A stretch of DNA of 53,063 nt from Candidatus Moraniibacteriota bacterium (GCA_027008775.1 JALVDV010000011.1:1-53063), one strand, 5' to 3'. Shown: positions 8,577 through 18,390, counted from the stretch's first letter. Made by a program: numbers and translations. The notes: a model not told the origin generated them from the sequence alone.

Positions 8577-9464
8577 ATGGCCACCATTTACACCGAAAGA
8601 GATAAAAACATCAGATTAACCTGGATTTATTTAACTGGTTTTTTGATTTTTACCATTGGTATCGGTTGGTTTTTTGCCCAGATATATCACAATAGTTTCA
8701 TTCTCTATTTAGCTGTTTTCTTTGCTGTCTTTATGAATTTAGCCAGTTATTGGTGGAGTGATAAAATAGTTTTGGGGATTAACAGGGCCCAAGAAATCAA
8801 ACCGGAGCAGGGACCGGAAGTAAAAGAAATTTACCGACTGGTAGAAAATCTGGCAATTACCGCCGGTCTGCCAACCCCTCGTGTTTACCTTATTCCCGAC
8901 CGATCAATGAATGCTTTTGCCACCGGCCGAGATCCCAATCATGCTGTTATTGCTCTAACCACCGGCTTGGTGGAAAATCTAAGCAAGACCGAATTGGAAG
9001 GAGTAATCGCCCACGAAATGTCCCACATTGGCAACAGAGATATTTTATTGGGCACTGTTTTAACAGTTCTGGTTGGTTTCGTGGCCATTCTAGCGGATCT
9101 ATTTAGACGATCAATCATTTTTGGGGATAGTGACAACAACAAAAATAACACCTTCTTAATTGTGCTTGGTCTGATTTTTTCTCTGTTAGCTCCTCTCTCC
9201 GCCACCCTCATTCAATTGGCCATTTCCCGAAAAAGAGAGTTCTTGGCTGATAGTTCCGGAGTGCTTCTTACCAGATATCCGGAGGGCTTAGCTAGCGCCC
9301 TGGAAAAAATATCTCAAGATAGTCAAACGCTACAAACAGCCAACCGGGCTACGGCGCATTTATTTATCACCAATCCTTTTAAGGGTAAAAAAATTTCCAA
9401 GTTGTTTATGACTCACCCTCCCATAAAAGAAAGAATTAAACGTCTCCGGCAAATGGCCGTCTAG
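8577..9464 (+). CDS. htpX: M48-family zinc metalloprotease HtpX
   Basis: 295-aa ORF with multiple TM segments, the HEMSH zinc motif, and a C-terminal THPPIKERI motif. Confidence 0.9.
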   Translation: MATIYTERDKNIRLTWIYLTGFLIFTIGIGWFFAQIYHNSFILYLAVFFAVFMNLASYWWSDKIVLGINRAQEIKPEQGPEVKEIYRLVENLAITAGLPTPRVYLIPDRSMNAFATGRDPNHAVIALTTGLVENLSKTELEGVIAHEMSHIGNRDILLGTVLTVLVGFVAILADLFRRSIIFGDSDNNKNNTFLIVLGLIFSLLAPLSATLIQLAISRKREFLADSSGVLLTRYPEGLASALEKISQDSQTLQTANRATAHLFITNPFKGKKISKLFMTHPPIKERIKRLRQMAV

Positions 9465-9534
9465 ATCTGAGTAGGCGACTACTTTAGATAAAGGTCACCA
9501 AAGCTCGTGACCTTCTAACAGTTTAAAATATCAA

Positions 9535-9948
9535 ATGAATTCAAATTATGAGTTAGGTGCTAAAGGCAATCAAAAATCCAAAGAAACAACACCAATACCT
9601 GAGCAATCAGAGTATATATCAACTTATCAATCACAATTAGAGAGGGGACTTGACGAACAATTAGCCAGAGAAATTATTAAAAGCTGTAAAATGGGTGACA
9701 AACCGGCCGCCTATTTTTGCCGAGTAATTCTCCTAGCCATTGAAAAGTTTAAAGCATCGCTTTACGGGGAAAAATTGTTTACGAAACAAGGCAAAGAAGA
9801 ACTGGTAAAAGATATTAAAACTTTTCTAAGCCCTGTCAAAAAGAAAAATTGGTATTCAAGACTGGTTTCCTCACTGGATATTGAAGAAGCGGAGAAAAAC
9901 TTAGCCGAAGAATTAAAACGGTTTTTAATAGAAAAATATTCTGGATAG
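9535..9948 (+). CDS. hypothetical protein (137 aa)
   Basis: ORF only; no recognisable motif. Confidence 0.5.
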   Translation: MNSNYELGAKGNQKSKETTPIPEQSEYISTYQSQLERGLDEQLAREIIKSCKMGDKPAAYFCRVILLAIEKFKASLYGEKLFTKQGKEELVKDIKTFLSPVKKKNWYSRLVSSLDIEEAEKNLAEELKRFLIEKYSG

Positions 9949-10087
9949 AAGGGGCGTTACCCAATCTATTTGTCCAAGACTAGAAAAATTCTCCTTCAAC
10001 GATGAGGGAATTTATTTATAAATATTTACAGAGAATAGCAGTGATCCGTCAACAGATATCATAACTCAAAGATCACCTTTAAAAAAT

Positions 10088-10116
10088 TTGTAAATTGTAA
10101 ATAACTGTGTTATAAT
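10088..10116 (+). promoter_or_regulatory. extended -10 promoter upstream of the DUF4870 gene
   Basis: TTGTAA (10088-10093), 17-nt spacer, TGtTATAAT (10108-10116). Confidence 0.5.
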
Positions 10117-10144
10117 GAAGAAAATAATTAAATAACAAAAAGTA

Positions 10145-10528
10145 ATGGAAGAAAACAAAGAAGAAGTACAAACCGAAGAAAAAACGGAAGAAAAAAAAGA
10201 GACTGTTCAAACTGCCAGCCGGGAAGACATTGAGAAAAACAAAACAATGGCTATTTTGGCGTATTTTTTGTTTTTCTTACCTCTGCTAACCGATGCTAAA
10301 GAATCCAAGTTCGCTATGTTCCATGCCAACCAAAGTCTTGTCTTGCTGTTGGCTCAGATCGTAGTTTATGTCGTCGGTACAATCATTCCTTTTCTAGGTT
10401 GGTTCATTATCCTTCCCCTTGGTGTCATATTTTTGGTTGTTCTCTGGATTATGGGAATTATCAATGCCGCCAACGGAAAAATGAAAGAACTTCCTTTAAT
10501 TGGAAGAATACATATCTTAGACAAATAA
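10145..10528 (+). CDS. DUF4870-family small membrane protein
   Basis: 127-aa ORF with an acidic N-terminus, then MAILAYFLFFLPLLT...FHANQSLVLLL and further TM helices as in DUF4870. Confidence 0.7.
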   Translation: MEENKEEVQTEEKTEEKKETVQTASREDIEKNKTMAILAYFLFFLPLLTDAKESKFAMFHANQSLVLLLAQIVVYVVGTIIPFLGWFIILPLGVIFLVVLWIMGIINAANGKMKELPLIGRIHILDK

Positions 10529-10547
10529 ATTTTCGTCGGTATTTTAA

Positions 10548-10580
10548 AAACAGGCAACTTTGAAAGTTGCCTGTTTTGTT
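10548..10580 (+). terminator. intrinsic terminator
   Basis: caggcaac (10551-10558) pairs with gttgcctg (10566-10573) and is followed by ttttgtt. Confidence 0.7.
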
Positions 10581-10715
10581 ATATAATAAAACCTGTTGCA
10601 GAAACCAATAGTTTGATTTGTCCGGAAAATAAAAATATTTCTAAAATTGGTTAACTAATGACAAATTTAAGAAAACAAAAATAAATTCAAAAAATTGAAA
10701 AGAAATAAAATTCAA

Positions 10716-11975
10716 ATGGTCAGAAAAAAGACCAAGATAGTAGCCACCATTGGTCCGGCTTCGGTCTCGGAAAAAACTCTAACAGCCATGGTTAAAGCGG
10801 GAATGGATGTCGCTCGTCTTAACCTTTCCCACAGTGATCACCGGTGGCACCAATCCGCCATTGCGAATATCAGAAAAGTGGAGAAAAAATTGCGAAAAAG
10901 AATAGGTATCCTGGCGGACCTACAAGGGCCGCGAATCAGAGTGATAAACGAAAAACCGATGCAAGTGAAAGTGGGAGAAAAAATTTTATTTACTGATCTT
11001 GTCCATCAAAACAAAAGCAAGCGCAAGAAAAAAATCATTCTGGATTGGGATCTGTTTTTTGCCTATCTAAAGCCGAATGCAAAAATTTTTATAGAAGATG
11101 GTCTGATACAATTTAAAGTAGTTAGTGTTCTAAACAATGGTTGCCTGGCCGAAGTTGTTGAAGGTGGAGAAGTCAAGCCCCATAAGGCGGTCAATATTCC
11201 CAGCATTTCATCCAAAATGAAGACTCTGACAGATAAAGATATTTTTGACTTAAAATTTGCTCTAAGTCAACGAGTTGATATGATAGCTCTGTCTTTTGTA
11301 GCCAATGGTCAGGATATTGTTACCCTCAGAAAAACCATTAACAATTTTCTTTCCGCTGATATCATTAAAAAAGCCGGCGATTATCGCCCCTGGATAATTT
11401 CCAAAATAGAAAGAAAGGCGGCCTTGAAAAATCTCAGCAAAATCATTCAATATTCCGACGGAGTAATGGTGGCCAGAGGGGATTTGGCCATAGAGGTTTC
11501 TCAAAACAAAGTTGGTTTATTGGAAAAAGAAATCATTAAAAAAAGTCGTAGATTTCATAAACCGGCCATTGTCGCCACTCAAATGTTGGCCAGTATGGAA
11601 AATAAGAGGCGACCAACCAGAGCAGAAATTTCCGATGTTACCAACGCTGTCATTGATCAGGCTGACGCCTTGATGCTTAGCGGAGAAACAGCCACCGGTC
11701 TCTATCCTATCCATACTGTAAAAACAATGTCTGATATAATCAAAACAGTAGAGCGCAGCAAATACAATGATTTGCGAGCGGTCAATCGTCACCTTTTCAA
11801 GTTGTTGTTCTCCGGCAAAAAATCAAAATACTTTAGCAAAACAGTCAATGATCTAAAAATCTTGCTCAAGCTGAGCTCACTGCGACAAGAAACAGTCAGA
11901 CTTAGATTATCAAAACGAAAATTTTCCGAGTGGGGCAAGGCCGCTTTAATTTGGGGTGTTGATACAACCTTTTAA
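10716..11975 (+). CDS. pyk: pyruvate kinase (short C-terminal domain)
   Basis: KTKIVATIGPAS, MDVARLNLSHS, MVARGDLAIE and TQMLASM motifs. The ATG at 10716 is preferred over the upstream TTG at 10695. The C-terminal regulatory domain looks abbreviated. Confidence 0.9.
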   Translation: MVRKKTKIVATIGPASVSEKTLTAMVKAGMDVARLNLSHSDHRWHQSAIANIRKVEKKLRKRIGILADLQGPRIRVINEKPMQVKVGEKILFTDLVHQNKSKRKKKIILDWDLFFAYLKPNAKIFIEDGLIQFKVVSVLNNGCLAEVVEGGEVKPHKAVNIPSISSKMKTLTDKDIFDLKFALSQRVDMIALSFVANGQDIVTLRKTINNFLSADIIKKAGDYRPWIISKIERKAALKNLSKIIQYSDGVMVARGDLAIEVSQNKVGLLEKEIIKKSRRFHKPAIVATQMLASMENKRRPTRAEISDVTNAVIDQADALMLSGETATGLYPIHTVKTMSDIIKTVERSKYNDLRAVNRHLFKLLFSGKKSKYFSKTVNDLKILLKLSSLRQETVRLRLSKRKFSEWGKAALIWGVDTTF

Positions 11976-12094
11976 GTCAAACAAGGATTATTTTGTCGTC
12001 TGGGTTGATTTTTTCCCATTCAAACCATTTTGGCGTTTGAGTTTTGAAAAATTACGCCTTGATCTCGGAGTCGTCGCCTTAACCAAAGATTCCT

Positions 12095-13024
12095 ATGACT
12101 ATCACCAAACCGCTTGTTTTTAAATATTTTCTCTTATTGGGACTTCTGCTGAGTTCATTTCTTTTTTGGTTGGAACTAAAAAGCCCGACTTCTTTTCATT
12201 GGGGCCCAGTTTTATTTTATTCATCGTTACTTTTTCTCTTTTGGAGCTTTCTGATTTTTGTTTTTCCTCAGCGATCACTTTTTTGGTCGGGCTCATTCTT
12301 TATCGTCATTCCTAATCTAATTCTATCCCTCACCGTTCCGGGGCTCTTCTTTTCCTTCTTGGGCCTATTATTTTTCATTTGGGCCGGGGAAACGGTGAAA
12401 AGCAAAATGTCCAACCAAATCAAGTTGGACATTTGGAGCAGTTTTAGAGTGGGACATCGCCTGTTTTCTTTGGCTTTAACGCTGGTTATTCTCGGTTATG
12501 TTTTATTGCCGAGTCTACTTTCCGGCCGGCAAGTAGTCATTCCTCCCATTGAAATCAGTGAAAAACATCTGATACCGGCTGAACGGCTAATTTCCGCCAT
12601 TGATCCCCATTTTGATTTTCAACAATTTACTTCCGCAACAGTAGCCGATTATATACTGCAACAAGCCAAAATTTCTCGCACTGATAATCCCTATCTCCGG
12701 CGTGAAGCCATAACTTCCGGAGAAAAAGAGCTGTCCACTTTGGCCGGCAGAAAAGTGCGGGCTTCTGAAAAAATTAACAGTGTTCTTCTGGAAATCATTA
12801 ACAAAAAAATAAACAGTTATTTTCATTTTGACAATCATCGCGAGCTAAATCAACTCGGTTTCTGGCTCGTTCTGCTCATTACCTTTATTGCCATCTACAG
12901 TCTGGCCTCGTTTATTACTTCAATACTGATTTTGGTTTTTGAAATAATCTTACGCTTGTTAATAGCTGGCAAATTTTTAAAAGTTAGCCATCGTGATGTG
13001 CAAAAAGAAATAATTACAGTCTAA
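12095..13024 (+). CDS. hypothetical polytopic membrane protein
   Basis: 309-aa ORF with several hydrophobic helices at both ends; no recognised family. Confidence 0.55.
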   Translation: MTITKPLVFKYFLLLGLLLSSFLFWLELKSPTSFHWGPVLFYSSLLFLFWSFLIFVFPQRSLFWSGSFFIVIPNLILSLTVPGLFFSFLGLLFFIWAGETVKSKMSNQIKLDIWSSFRVGHRLFSLALTLVILGYVLLPSLLSGRQVVIPPIEISEKHLIPAERLISAIDPHFDFQQFTSATVADYILQQAKISRTDNPYLRREAITSGEKELSTLAGRKVRASEKINSVLLEIINKKINSYFHFDNHRELNQLGFWLVLLITFIAIYSLASFITSILILVFEIILRLLIAGKFLKVSHRDVQKEIITV

Positions 13025-13089
13025 ATTCAATTGACGAAAAAATGTTTTAATATTAAGCTAAAACATCTTATATTCAAACAACTAAAAAA

Positions 13090-13860
13090 ATGACAACATC
13101 CAACCTCAAGAAACCACAACTTGTTTTTCTGGACACTGAAACCACCGGAAATGACCCTCAGAAAGACAGGTTATGTCAGGTCTGCTATAAATTTGCAGAC
13201 AAGAAAGATAAAAAAGGCAAGGTTGTTAAACCGGGCAAACTATTGGTTAAGAATTTTAAACCACCGGTGCCCATTTCCATTAAAGCAATGAGTGTCACCA
13301 ACATCACCAATAAAATGGTCGCTAAAGAAAGATCATTTCAAGGCAGCCGTTTTGCTCAAGAATTACAAGAAGTACTTAACAAAAATATAATGGTTGCACA
13401 CAACGCCAAGTTTGACATCGCCATGCTAGCGGCGGAGGGGATTAAAGTGCCCCAACACATTTGTACCCTTCGTCTGGCGCGCTACCTGGACGAAAATTCA
13501 GAGATACCGGAATATTCTCTGCAATTTCTGCGCTATTATTACGAGATTGAACTGGACGTTATTCCTCACAGCGCCGAGGGAGATGTTTTGGTTTTGGAAG
13601 CGGTTTTTCAACACCTTTACAAAGAAGCTAAAAAGAAATCAAATGGCGCTGACCGAAATGCCATTATCAAAAGAATGATGGAGATATCCGCCCAACCCTC
13701 TCTGATTAAAAGATTCTCTTTCGGGAAATACAACGGACGCTTACTCTCAGAAATAGTCTTGGAAGACAGACCTTATTTGGAGTGGCTCCTAAAAACCAAA
13801 CAAGCCGAAAATGATGAGGACTGGATTTTTACTTTAAACTACTATCTAAGAAGCCAGTAA
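13090..13860 (+). CDS. DEDDh 3'-5' exonuclease (DnaQ/ExoX-like) with a DUF3820-like tail
   Basis: Exo motifs FLDTETTG, HNAKFDIAML and HSAEGDVLV. The C-terminal FGKYNGRLLSEI..YLEWLL resembles ExoX/DUF3820 tails. Confidence 0.8.
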   Translation: MTTSNLKKPQLVFLDTETTGNDPQKDRLCQVCYKFADKKDKKGKVVKPGKLLVKNFKPPVPISIKAMSVTNITNKMVAKERSFQGSRFAQELQEVLNKNIMVAHNAKFDIAMLAAEGIKVPQHICTLRLARYLDENSEIPEYSLQFLRYYYEIELDVIPHSAEGDVLVLEAVFQHLYKEAKKKSNGADRNAIIKRMMEISAQPSLIKRFSFGKYNGRLLSEIVLEDRPYLEWLLKTKQAENDEDWIFTLNYYLRSQ

Positions 13861-13869
13861 TACCAGAAA

Positions 13870-15162
13870 ATGCCTGGACGAAAATTTAAAATCTACACTC
13901 TAGGTTGCAAGGTCAATCAATATGATTCCGGGCAACTCAAAAATAAACTTTTGGCTGCCGGCTTTTTGGAAAAACGAAAGGGGGAATTGGCTGATATCGT
14001 CATAGTGAACACTTGTTCGGTAACCAAGAATGCCCATCGCAAGGACAGATTGATGCTTAAAAAGGCCAAACGAGAAAACCCCGACGCCAAAGTTGTTTTA
14101 ATGGGTTGTTGGTATAAGGTTTATCCGGAAATAGAAGAAAATTTAAAGGCGGATTTATTCTGGCCGGTTGGCAACCTAGACGCTTTGGCTGATACGATCA
14201 AAGAAAAATTTTACCCGACAGACAAAACGGCGGCTCCGGCTCACCAAGCAGTTTCCGGGGGAATCAATCCCCCCGGTCAAGGAGAGCGCTCCCGTTATTT
14301 CTTGAAGATCCAAGACGGTTGCAACCAATTTTGTTCCTACTGCGCTATTCCCTATGCCCGTGGACGCTTACGCAGTCGTCCTTGGGAAGAAGTTGTTCAA
14401 GAAGCCGTTCAGGCGGAAAGAGTTGGCTATAGAGAAATAGTTCTCACCGGAATTCATCTCGGGCTCTACAATCAAGAAAAAAATAGTTTGCAGAAAGAAA
14501 AAGATCTGGCTTGGCTAATCCGAAAAATCATTCAACGCACGAATCAGTTAAGAGTGCGAATCAGTTCCATTGAGGTCAATGATTTAAACGAAAATCTCAT
14601 CTCTCTTTTGAAAACGGAAAAAAGATTTTGCAAACATCTGCACATCCCTCTGCAAGGAGGGGATAATCAACTTCTGCAAAAAATGAATCGTCCTTACGAT
14701 TTGACCTTTTTCAGTGAAAAAATAAACGAAATCAGACAAGCCGAGAAGAAAACCGCCATTACCACTGATGTTATCGTCGGTTTTCCCGGGGAAACGGAAG
14801 AGCAGTTTGCCAAAAGTAAAAAATTTATCCAACAAACCGGATTTAGTAAATTGCATGTTTTCCCTTTCTCTAGGCATGAAAAAACCCCGGCCGCTAAAAT
14901 GCCAAATCAACTTAGTCAGCAAATCAAAAGAGAACGCTCTCGGGAGCTAAGGGCTTTGAGTGACAAGCTTTGGCAAAATTATCAAACAGAAATAAAGAAA
15001 GGACAAAAAGAATTTACTTTGGTGGTGGAGTCCGTGAAAGGAAAATATTTGACAGCCAAGACGGAGTATTACTTTAATCTTAGACTCCCTCTTTCCCGGT
15101 GTCAAAGTTTAGAGCAGGGCGAAAAAATAGAATCGGGGGCGATGGTTTTGGGGAAAGTGTGA
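13870..15162 (+). CDS. MiaB/MtaB-like radical SAM tRNA methylthiotransferase
   Basis: N-terminal UPF0004 cysteines (LGCKVNQYDS, NTCSVT), the radical SAM motif CNQFCSYCAIP, and a TRAM-like C-terminus. Confidence 0.9.
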   Translation: MPGRKFKIYTLGCKVNQYDSGQLKNKLLAAGFLEKRKGELADIVIVNTCSVTKNAHRKDRLMLKKAKRENPDAKVVLMGCWYKVYPEIEENLKADLFWPVGNLDALADTIKEKFYPTDKTAAPAHQAVSGGINPPGQGERSRYFLKIQDGCNQFCSYCAIPYARGRLRSRPWEEVVQEAVQAERVGYREIVLTGIHLGLYNQEKNSLQKEKDLAWLIRKIIQRTNQLRVRISSIEVNDLNENLISLLKTEKRFCKHLHIPLQGGDNQLLQKMNRPYDLTFFSEKINEIRQAEKKTAITTDVIVGFPGETEEQFAKSKKFIQQTGFSKLHVFPFSRHEKTPAAKMPNQLSQQIKRERSRELRALSDKLWQNYQTEIKKGQKEFTLVVESVKGKYLTAKTEYYFNLRLPLSRCQSLEQGEKIESGAMVLGKV

Positions 15163-15332
15163 TCTAATTTATTTAGCAAAACAATTTTCAAGTTTGGTTT
15201 GCCCAATATTGCCTTTTATGATATGCTTCTACCTGTTTAGCGCTCCGATATCAGGCCTATCGGCGCCGTAACTCCTGGGTCTGTCCGAGGCTTCAATGTC
15301 AAAATAATAATCATAATAATTTTTTCAAAATA

Positions 15333-16727
15333 ATGTTTAAAAAGAAAAGTCTATTAGTTTTTTTAATCACAATCATTTTTTTGGCTGGCGGATTCTTTTT
15401 TGCCAAAAATTGGTTTCAAAAAACAAATAAGTCACTTCTAGTTTCCAATTCTGTTAAATTGGTTGATAAGGTTTCTAAATTATTACCTATTAGCTCGGAT
15501 ACTAAAAAACAAATAGACGTCGCCAACGAGATTAGTCAGCATTTTCTAAAACGAGATGATGTAGCTCGAAGATATTTATTGCTTTTGCAAAACAATATGG
15601 AATTACGTCCCGGTGGAGGGTTCCTCGGTCAGTATGCTGTTGCCACCGTAAAAAACGGGCAAGTAATCAAATTTTATTTTGAAGATGCCAACTTACTAGA
15701 CCAGAGAATAAAAGCCAAAGTTCCCCCGCCTTATCCTTTGCGAAGAAAATTGGGAATTAAGAAATGGAAGTTCCGAGACTCAAATTTTTCTCCCGATTTT
15801 CCCACCAATGTCCAAAAAGCCAAATATTTCTTCCGTTTAGCCGGCGGCAACAGTAACTTTGATGGTGTTTTTGCCATTAACGCCACTGTTCTAAATGATC
15901 TATTGAAAATCACCGGCCCCATTTCTTTACGAGGGGGACGTTATACCTACAACAGTGAAAATGCCATTTCCAAACTGGAAGAACAGGTGGAAAAACCATA
16001 TCTTTTCAATGAAAATTTAGACACCCAAAATAGAAAATGGATAATGAAGACTTTGGCTCAAGAGCTGAAAAATAAGCTCAGCGGTTTTAATAATATACCC
16101 AAGCTGGTCAAGTTTTCTCGCGATGAATTGGAAACAAAAAACATTCAACTTAACTTTAAAGACCCTTCTCTGCAAAAAAAAGTAGAAGAAGTTGGCTGGG
16201 CCGGCCAGGTAGACAGAAATTGGGACGGGGATTATTTAATGTTGGTTGACGCCAACTTAGGCGCTCTCAAATCAGATTTTTACATCAAAAGAAGTCTAAG
16301 TTATAACGTTGATTTAACCACCGAAATTCCCAAAGCTACGGTTGATTACACTTACAACCATACCGCTACCCATGGCGACTGGCGCACTAGCGATTACCAT
16401 TCCTACCTTCGGCTTTATGCTCCCAAAGGTAGTAAATTAACCAAAAGAATAATGGTTAGTTACCCTCTCACCAGAGAAGAATTTAACAAGACTTATTTCG
16501 GAGTGTTTTTGGATGCCCTGATTGGCCGTCAAACCACTGCCCACTTTGAATACGATTTGCCAATCAATGTAAAAAATGACTACCATCTCCTAATTCAAAA
16601 ACAATCCGGTATTGGCAATATCCCTGTCAAGATTCATTTAAAAACGGACAAAGGAGAATTTGATTATGAGAACACCTTAAAAAAAGATTTAAAAATTAAA
16701 TTGGCTGAAGTAGAAGAGACGAAGTAG
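15333..16727 (+). CDS. DUF4012 domain-containing membrane-anchored protein
   Basis: 464-aa ORF with an N-terminal TM. RRYLLLLQNNMELRPGGGFLGQYAV is the hallmark DUF4012 motif. Confidence 0.8.
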   Translation: MFKKKSLLVFLITIIFLAGGFFFAKNWFQKTNKSLLVSNSVKLVDKVSKLLPISSDTKKQIDVANEISQHFLKRDDVARRYLLLLQNNMELRPGGGFLGQYAVATVKNGQVIKFYFEDANLLDQRIKAKVPPPYPLRRKLGIKKWKFRDSNFSPDFPTNVQKAKYFFRLAGGNSNFDGVFAINATVLNDLLKITGPISLRGGRYTYNSENAISKLEEQVEKPYLFNENLDTQNRKWIMKTLAQELKNKLSGFNNIPKLVKFSRDELETKNIQLNFKDPSLQKKVEEVGWAGQVDRNWDGDYLMLVDANLGALKSDFYIKRSLSYNVDLTTEIPKATVDYTYNHTATHGDWRTSDYHSYLRLYAPKGSKLTKRIMVSYPLTREEFNKTYFGVFLDALIGRQTTAHFEYDLPINVKNDYHLLIQKQSGIGNIPVKIHLKTDKGEFDYENTLKKDLKIKLAEVEETK

Positions 16728-16744
16728 GTCTATGGACCCAGAGA

Positions 16745-16775
16745 ATCAAAGCTTCGGTTGCTTGATTTTTTTCTG
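16745..16775 (+). terminator. intrinsic terminator after the DUF4012 gene
   Basis: aatcaaagc / gcttgatt stem around a ttcg-containing loop, followed by a T7 run. Confidence 0.6.
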
Positions 16776-16797
16776 AAATTATGTTAGTTTAACTAAA

Positions 16798-16911
16798 GTC
16801 ATAAATCGTTTATGACTAGTTAAAACACATATCCAATCGAATCAAACCTGATCCGCCCTTGCGGATTATGAAGATTCAATGAAGATTGGATAGAGGAACG
16901 CCTCGGCGTTA
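16798..16911 (+). promoter_or_regulatory. structured leader upstream of rpsB (three or four hairpins)
   Basis: Perfect 9-bp hairpin agtcataaa/tttatgact (16798-16818). Nested stems atccaatc(16832-16839)/gattggat(16885-16892) and atccgc/gcggat (16852-16867). Hairpin aacgc-CUCG-gcgtt (16898-16911) lies just before the SD aaagggg. Confidence 0.4.
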
Positions 16912-16969
16912 TTAAAAGGTTAATCGACTCGTTTGTTACAATTTCTTTGTGGCAAAGGGGTGTGTTATT

Positions 16970-17758
16970 ATGTCTAAGGAAAAACAACAGGAAGAAAAAG
17001 TTTCTTCACCGGAAACTGCTAAAAAGGAGGATGTTGCAGAGATGCCGGAATTATCTCTGCCGGCAATGCTAAAGGCCGGTCTTCATTTTGGGCACAAAAA
17101 ATCCTACTGGAACCCCAAGATGGACAGGTATATCTTTACCACTCAGAACAACATTCATATTATTGATTTGGAACAAAGCTTAAAAGCCCTTCGGAAAGTT
17201 ATTGAATATCTTCGGGAACTTTCCGCCAAAAATGGCACCTTGTTGATTGTCGGAACAAAAAATCAAGCTAAAGATTTGGTGAGGAAGACAGCTGAAAAAA
17301 CCGGGATGCCTTATGTCAACAATCGTTGGTTGGGTGGCACATTGACCAATTTTGGCATCATTAAAAAAAGAATAAAGTTTTTTGTTGATAACAAGGAAGC
17401 CTTGGAAAAAGGCAAACTTGCTTCCCTGACAAAATTGGAAAGAAATAAGTTGGGCAAAAGATTGGCTAAAATAGAAGAGTCTATGGGCGGATTGGTAGGA
17501 ATGAACACCCTGCCGGAAGCAATATTGGTTTTAGATGTCAACAAAGATAAAGACGCTGTTAAAGAGGCTAAAAAAATGGGAATTAAGGTTATCGGTCTTT
17601 TGGATAGCAACAGCGATCCGGATGTGGTTGACCTGGGTATTCCCGCCAATGATGATGCTGTTTCTTCTTTGCGGTACATTTTGAACGTTGTGGCCGCCGC
17701 CTTGCAACAAGAAAAAAATCCAAGCGGTAATCAAGACGCAAAAAACTCTAAAAAATAA
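16970..17758 (+). CDS. rpsB: 30S ribosomal protein S2
   Basis: LLKAGLHFGHKKSYWNPKM, NNRWLGGTLTNF and VLDVNKDKDAVKEAKKMGIKVIGLLDSNSDP. The ATG at 16970, preceded by the SD aaagggg, is preferred over the GTG at 16949. Confidence 0.95.
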   Translation: MSKEKQQEEKVSSPETAKKEDVAEMPELSLPAMLKAGLHFGHKKSYWNPKMDRYIFTTQNNIHIIDLEQSLKALRKVIEYLRELSAKNGTLLIVGTKNQAKDLVRKTAEKTGMPYVNNRWLGGTLTNFGIIKKRIKFFVDNKEALEKGKLASLTKLERNKLGKRLAKIEESMGGLVGMNTLPEAILVLDVNKDKDAVKEAKKMGIKVIGLLDSNSDPDVVDLGIPANDDAVSSLRYILNVVAAALQQEKNPSGNQDAKNSKK

Positions 17759-17775
17759 AAAATTAAAAGAATAAA

Positions 17776-18354
17776 ATGCTTAAATTAATCAAAGAAATCA
17801 GAGAAGAAACCGGCGCTGGGGTAATTGATGTAAAGAAAGCCTTAGAGGAAGCTCAAGGTGACAAGGAAAAGGCCTTGGAAATTCTCAGAAAAAATGGCGT
17901 GCAAAAAGCGGACAAGAAAGCCAATCGTATTGCCAAAGAGGGGGTGATAGCCACTTACGTCCATGCCAATAACAAGAGTGGGGCGATTGTAAAGGTTCTC
18001 TGTGAAACCGATTTTGTGGCTATGAACGATAAGTTTAAAAATTTGGCCAACGACATCGCTATGCAAATTGTAGCTATGAATCCCGTGGCTGTCCGTCCGA
18101 AGGATGTTTCCGACGAAATGATAGCTGCCGAGATTGAGGAGATTAAAAGTCAATTGGCGACGGAAAATATTTCCGACGATGAGCTTAAGAAAAAACTGGA
18201 AGAAAAGAAAGAAGAATTAAAAAGATCCAGAGCTTTATACTCCCAATCCTTTATTAAAAATCCGGAAATCACTATAGAAGAAGTAATCAAGGAAAACGTT
18301 GCCACCCTGGGAGAAAATATTGTTGTAGATGATTTTCAGAGATTTGAAATCTAA
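17776..18354 (+). CDS. tsf: elongation factor Ts (short form)
   Basis: IKEIREETGAGVIDVKKALEEAQGDKEKALEILRKNG is the UBA-like N-terminus, and CETDFVAMNDKF is also present. It lies directly downstream of rpsB. Confidence 0.9.
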   Translation: MLKLIKEIREETGAGVIDVKKALEEAQGDKEKALEILRKNGVQKADKKANRIAKEGVIATYVHANNKSGAIVKVLCETDFVAMNDKFKNLANDIAMQIVAMNPVAVRPKDVSDEMIAAEIEEIKSQLATENISDDELKKKLEEKKEELKRSRALYSQSFIKNPEITIEEVIKENVATLGENIVVDDFQRFEI

Positions 18355-18390
18355 ATAAACAGTAAATTTAAGAAGGTAGTCGTTTAGCCT

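Noticed and set aside
10695-10715. TTG-extended start of pyruvate kinase. The same applies to the GTG at 16949 for rpsB, the TTG at 29736 for csp, the TTG at 42759 for the acidic protein, the TTG at 45346 for dprA and the start at 23850 for the isomerase.
   Set aside because: In each case a downstream ATG gives the conserved N-terminus, a better SD, or an ATGA overlap. The extensions add non-conserved residues.
15181-15300. The GC-rich patch as SRP RNA, 6S RNA or another known small RNA.
   Set aside because: The conserved SRP helix-8 motif (GGAAG...AGCA context) and other recognisable ncRNA signatures were not found by eye. It is kept only as a low-interest structural observation.
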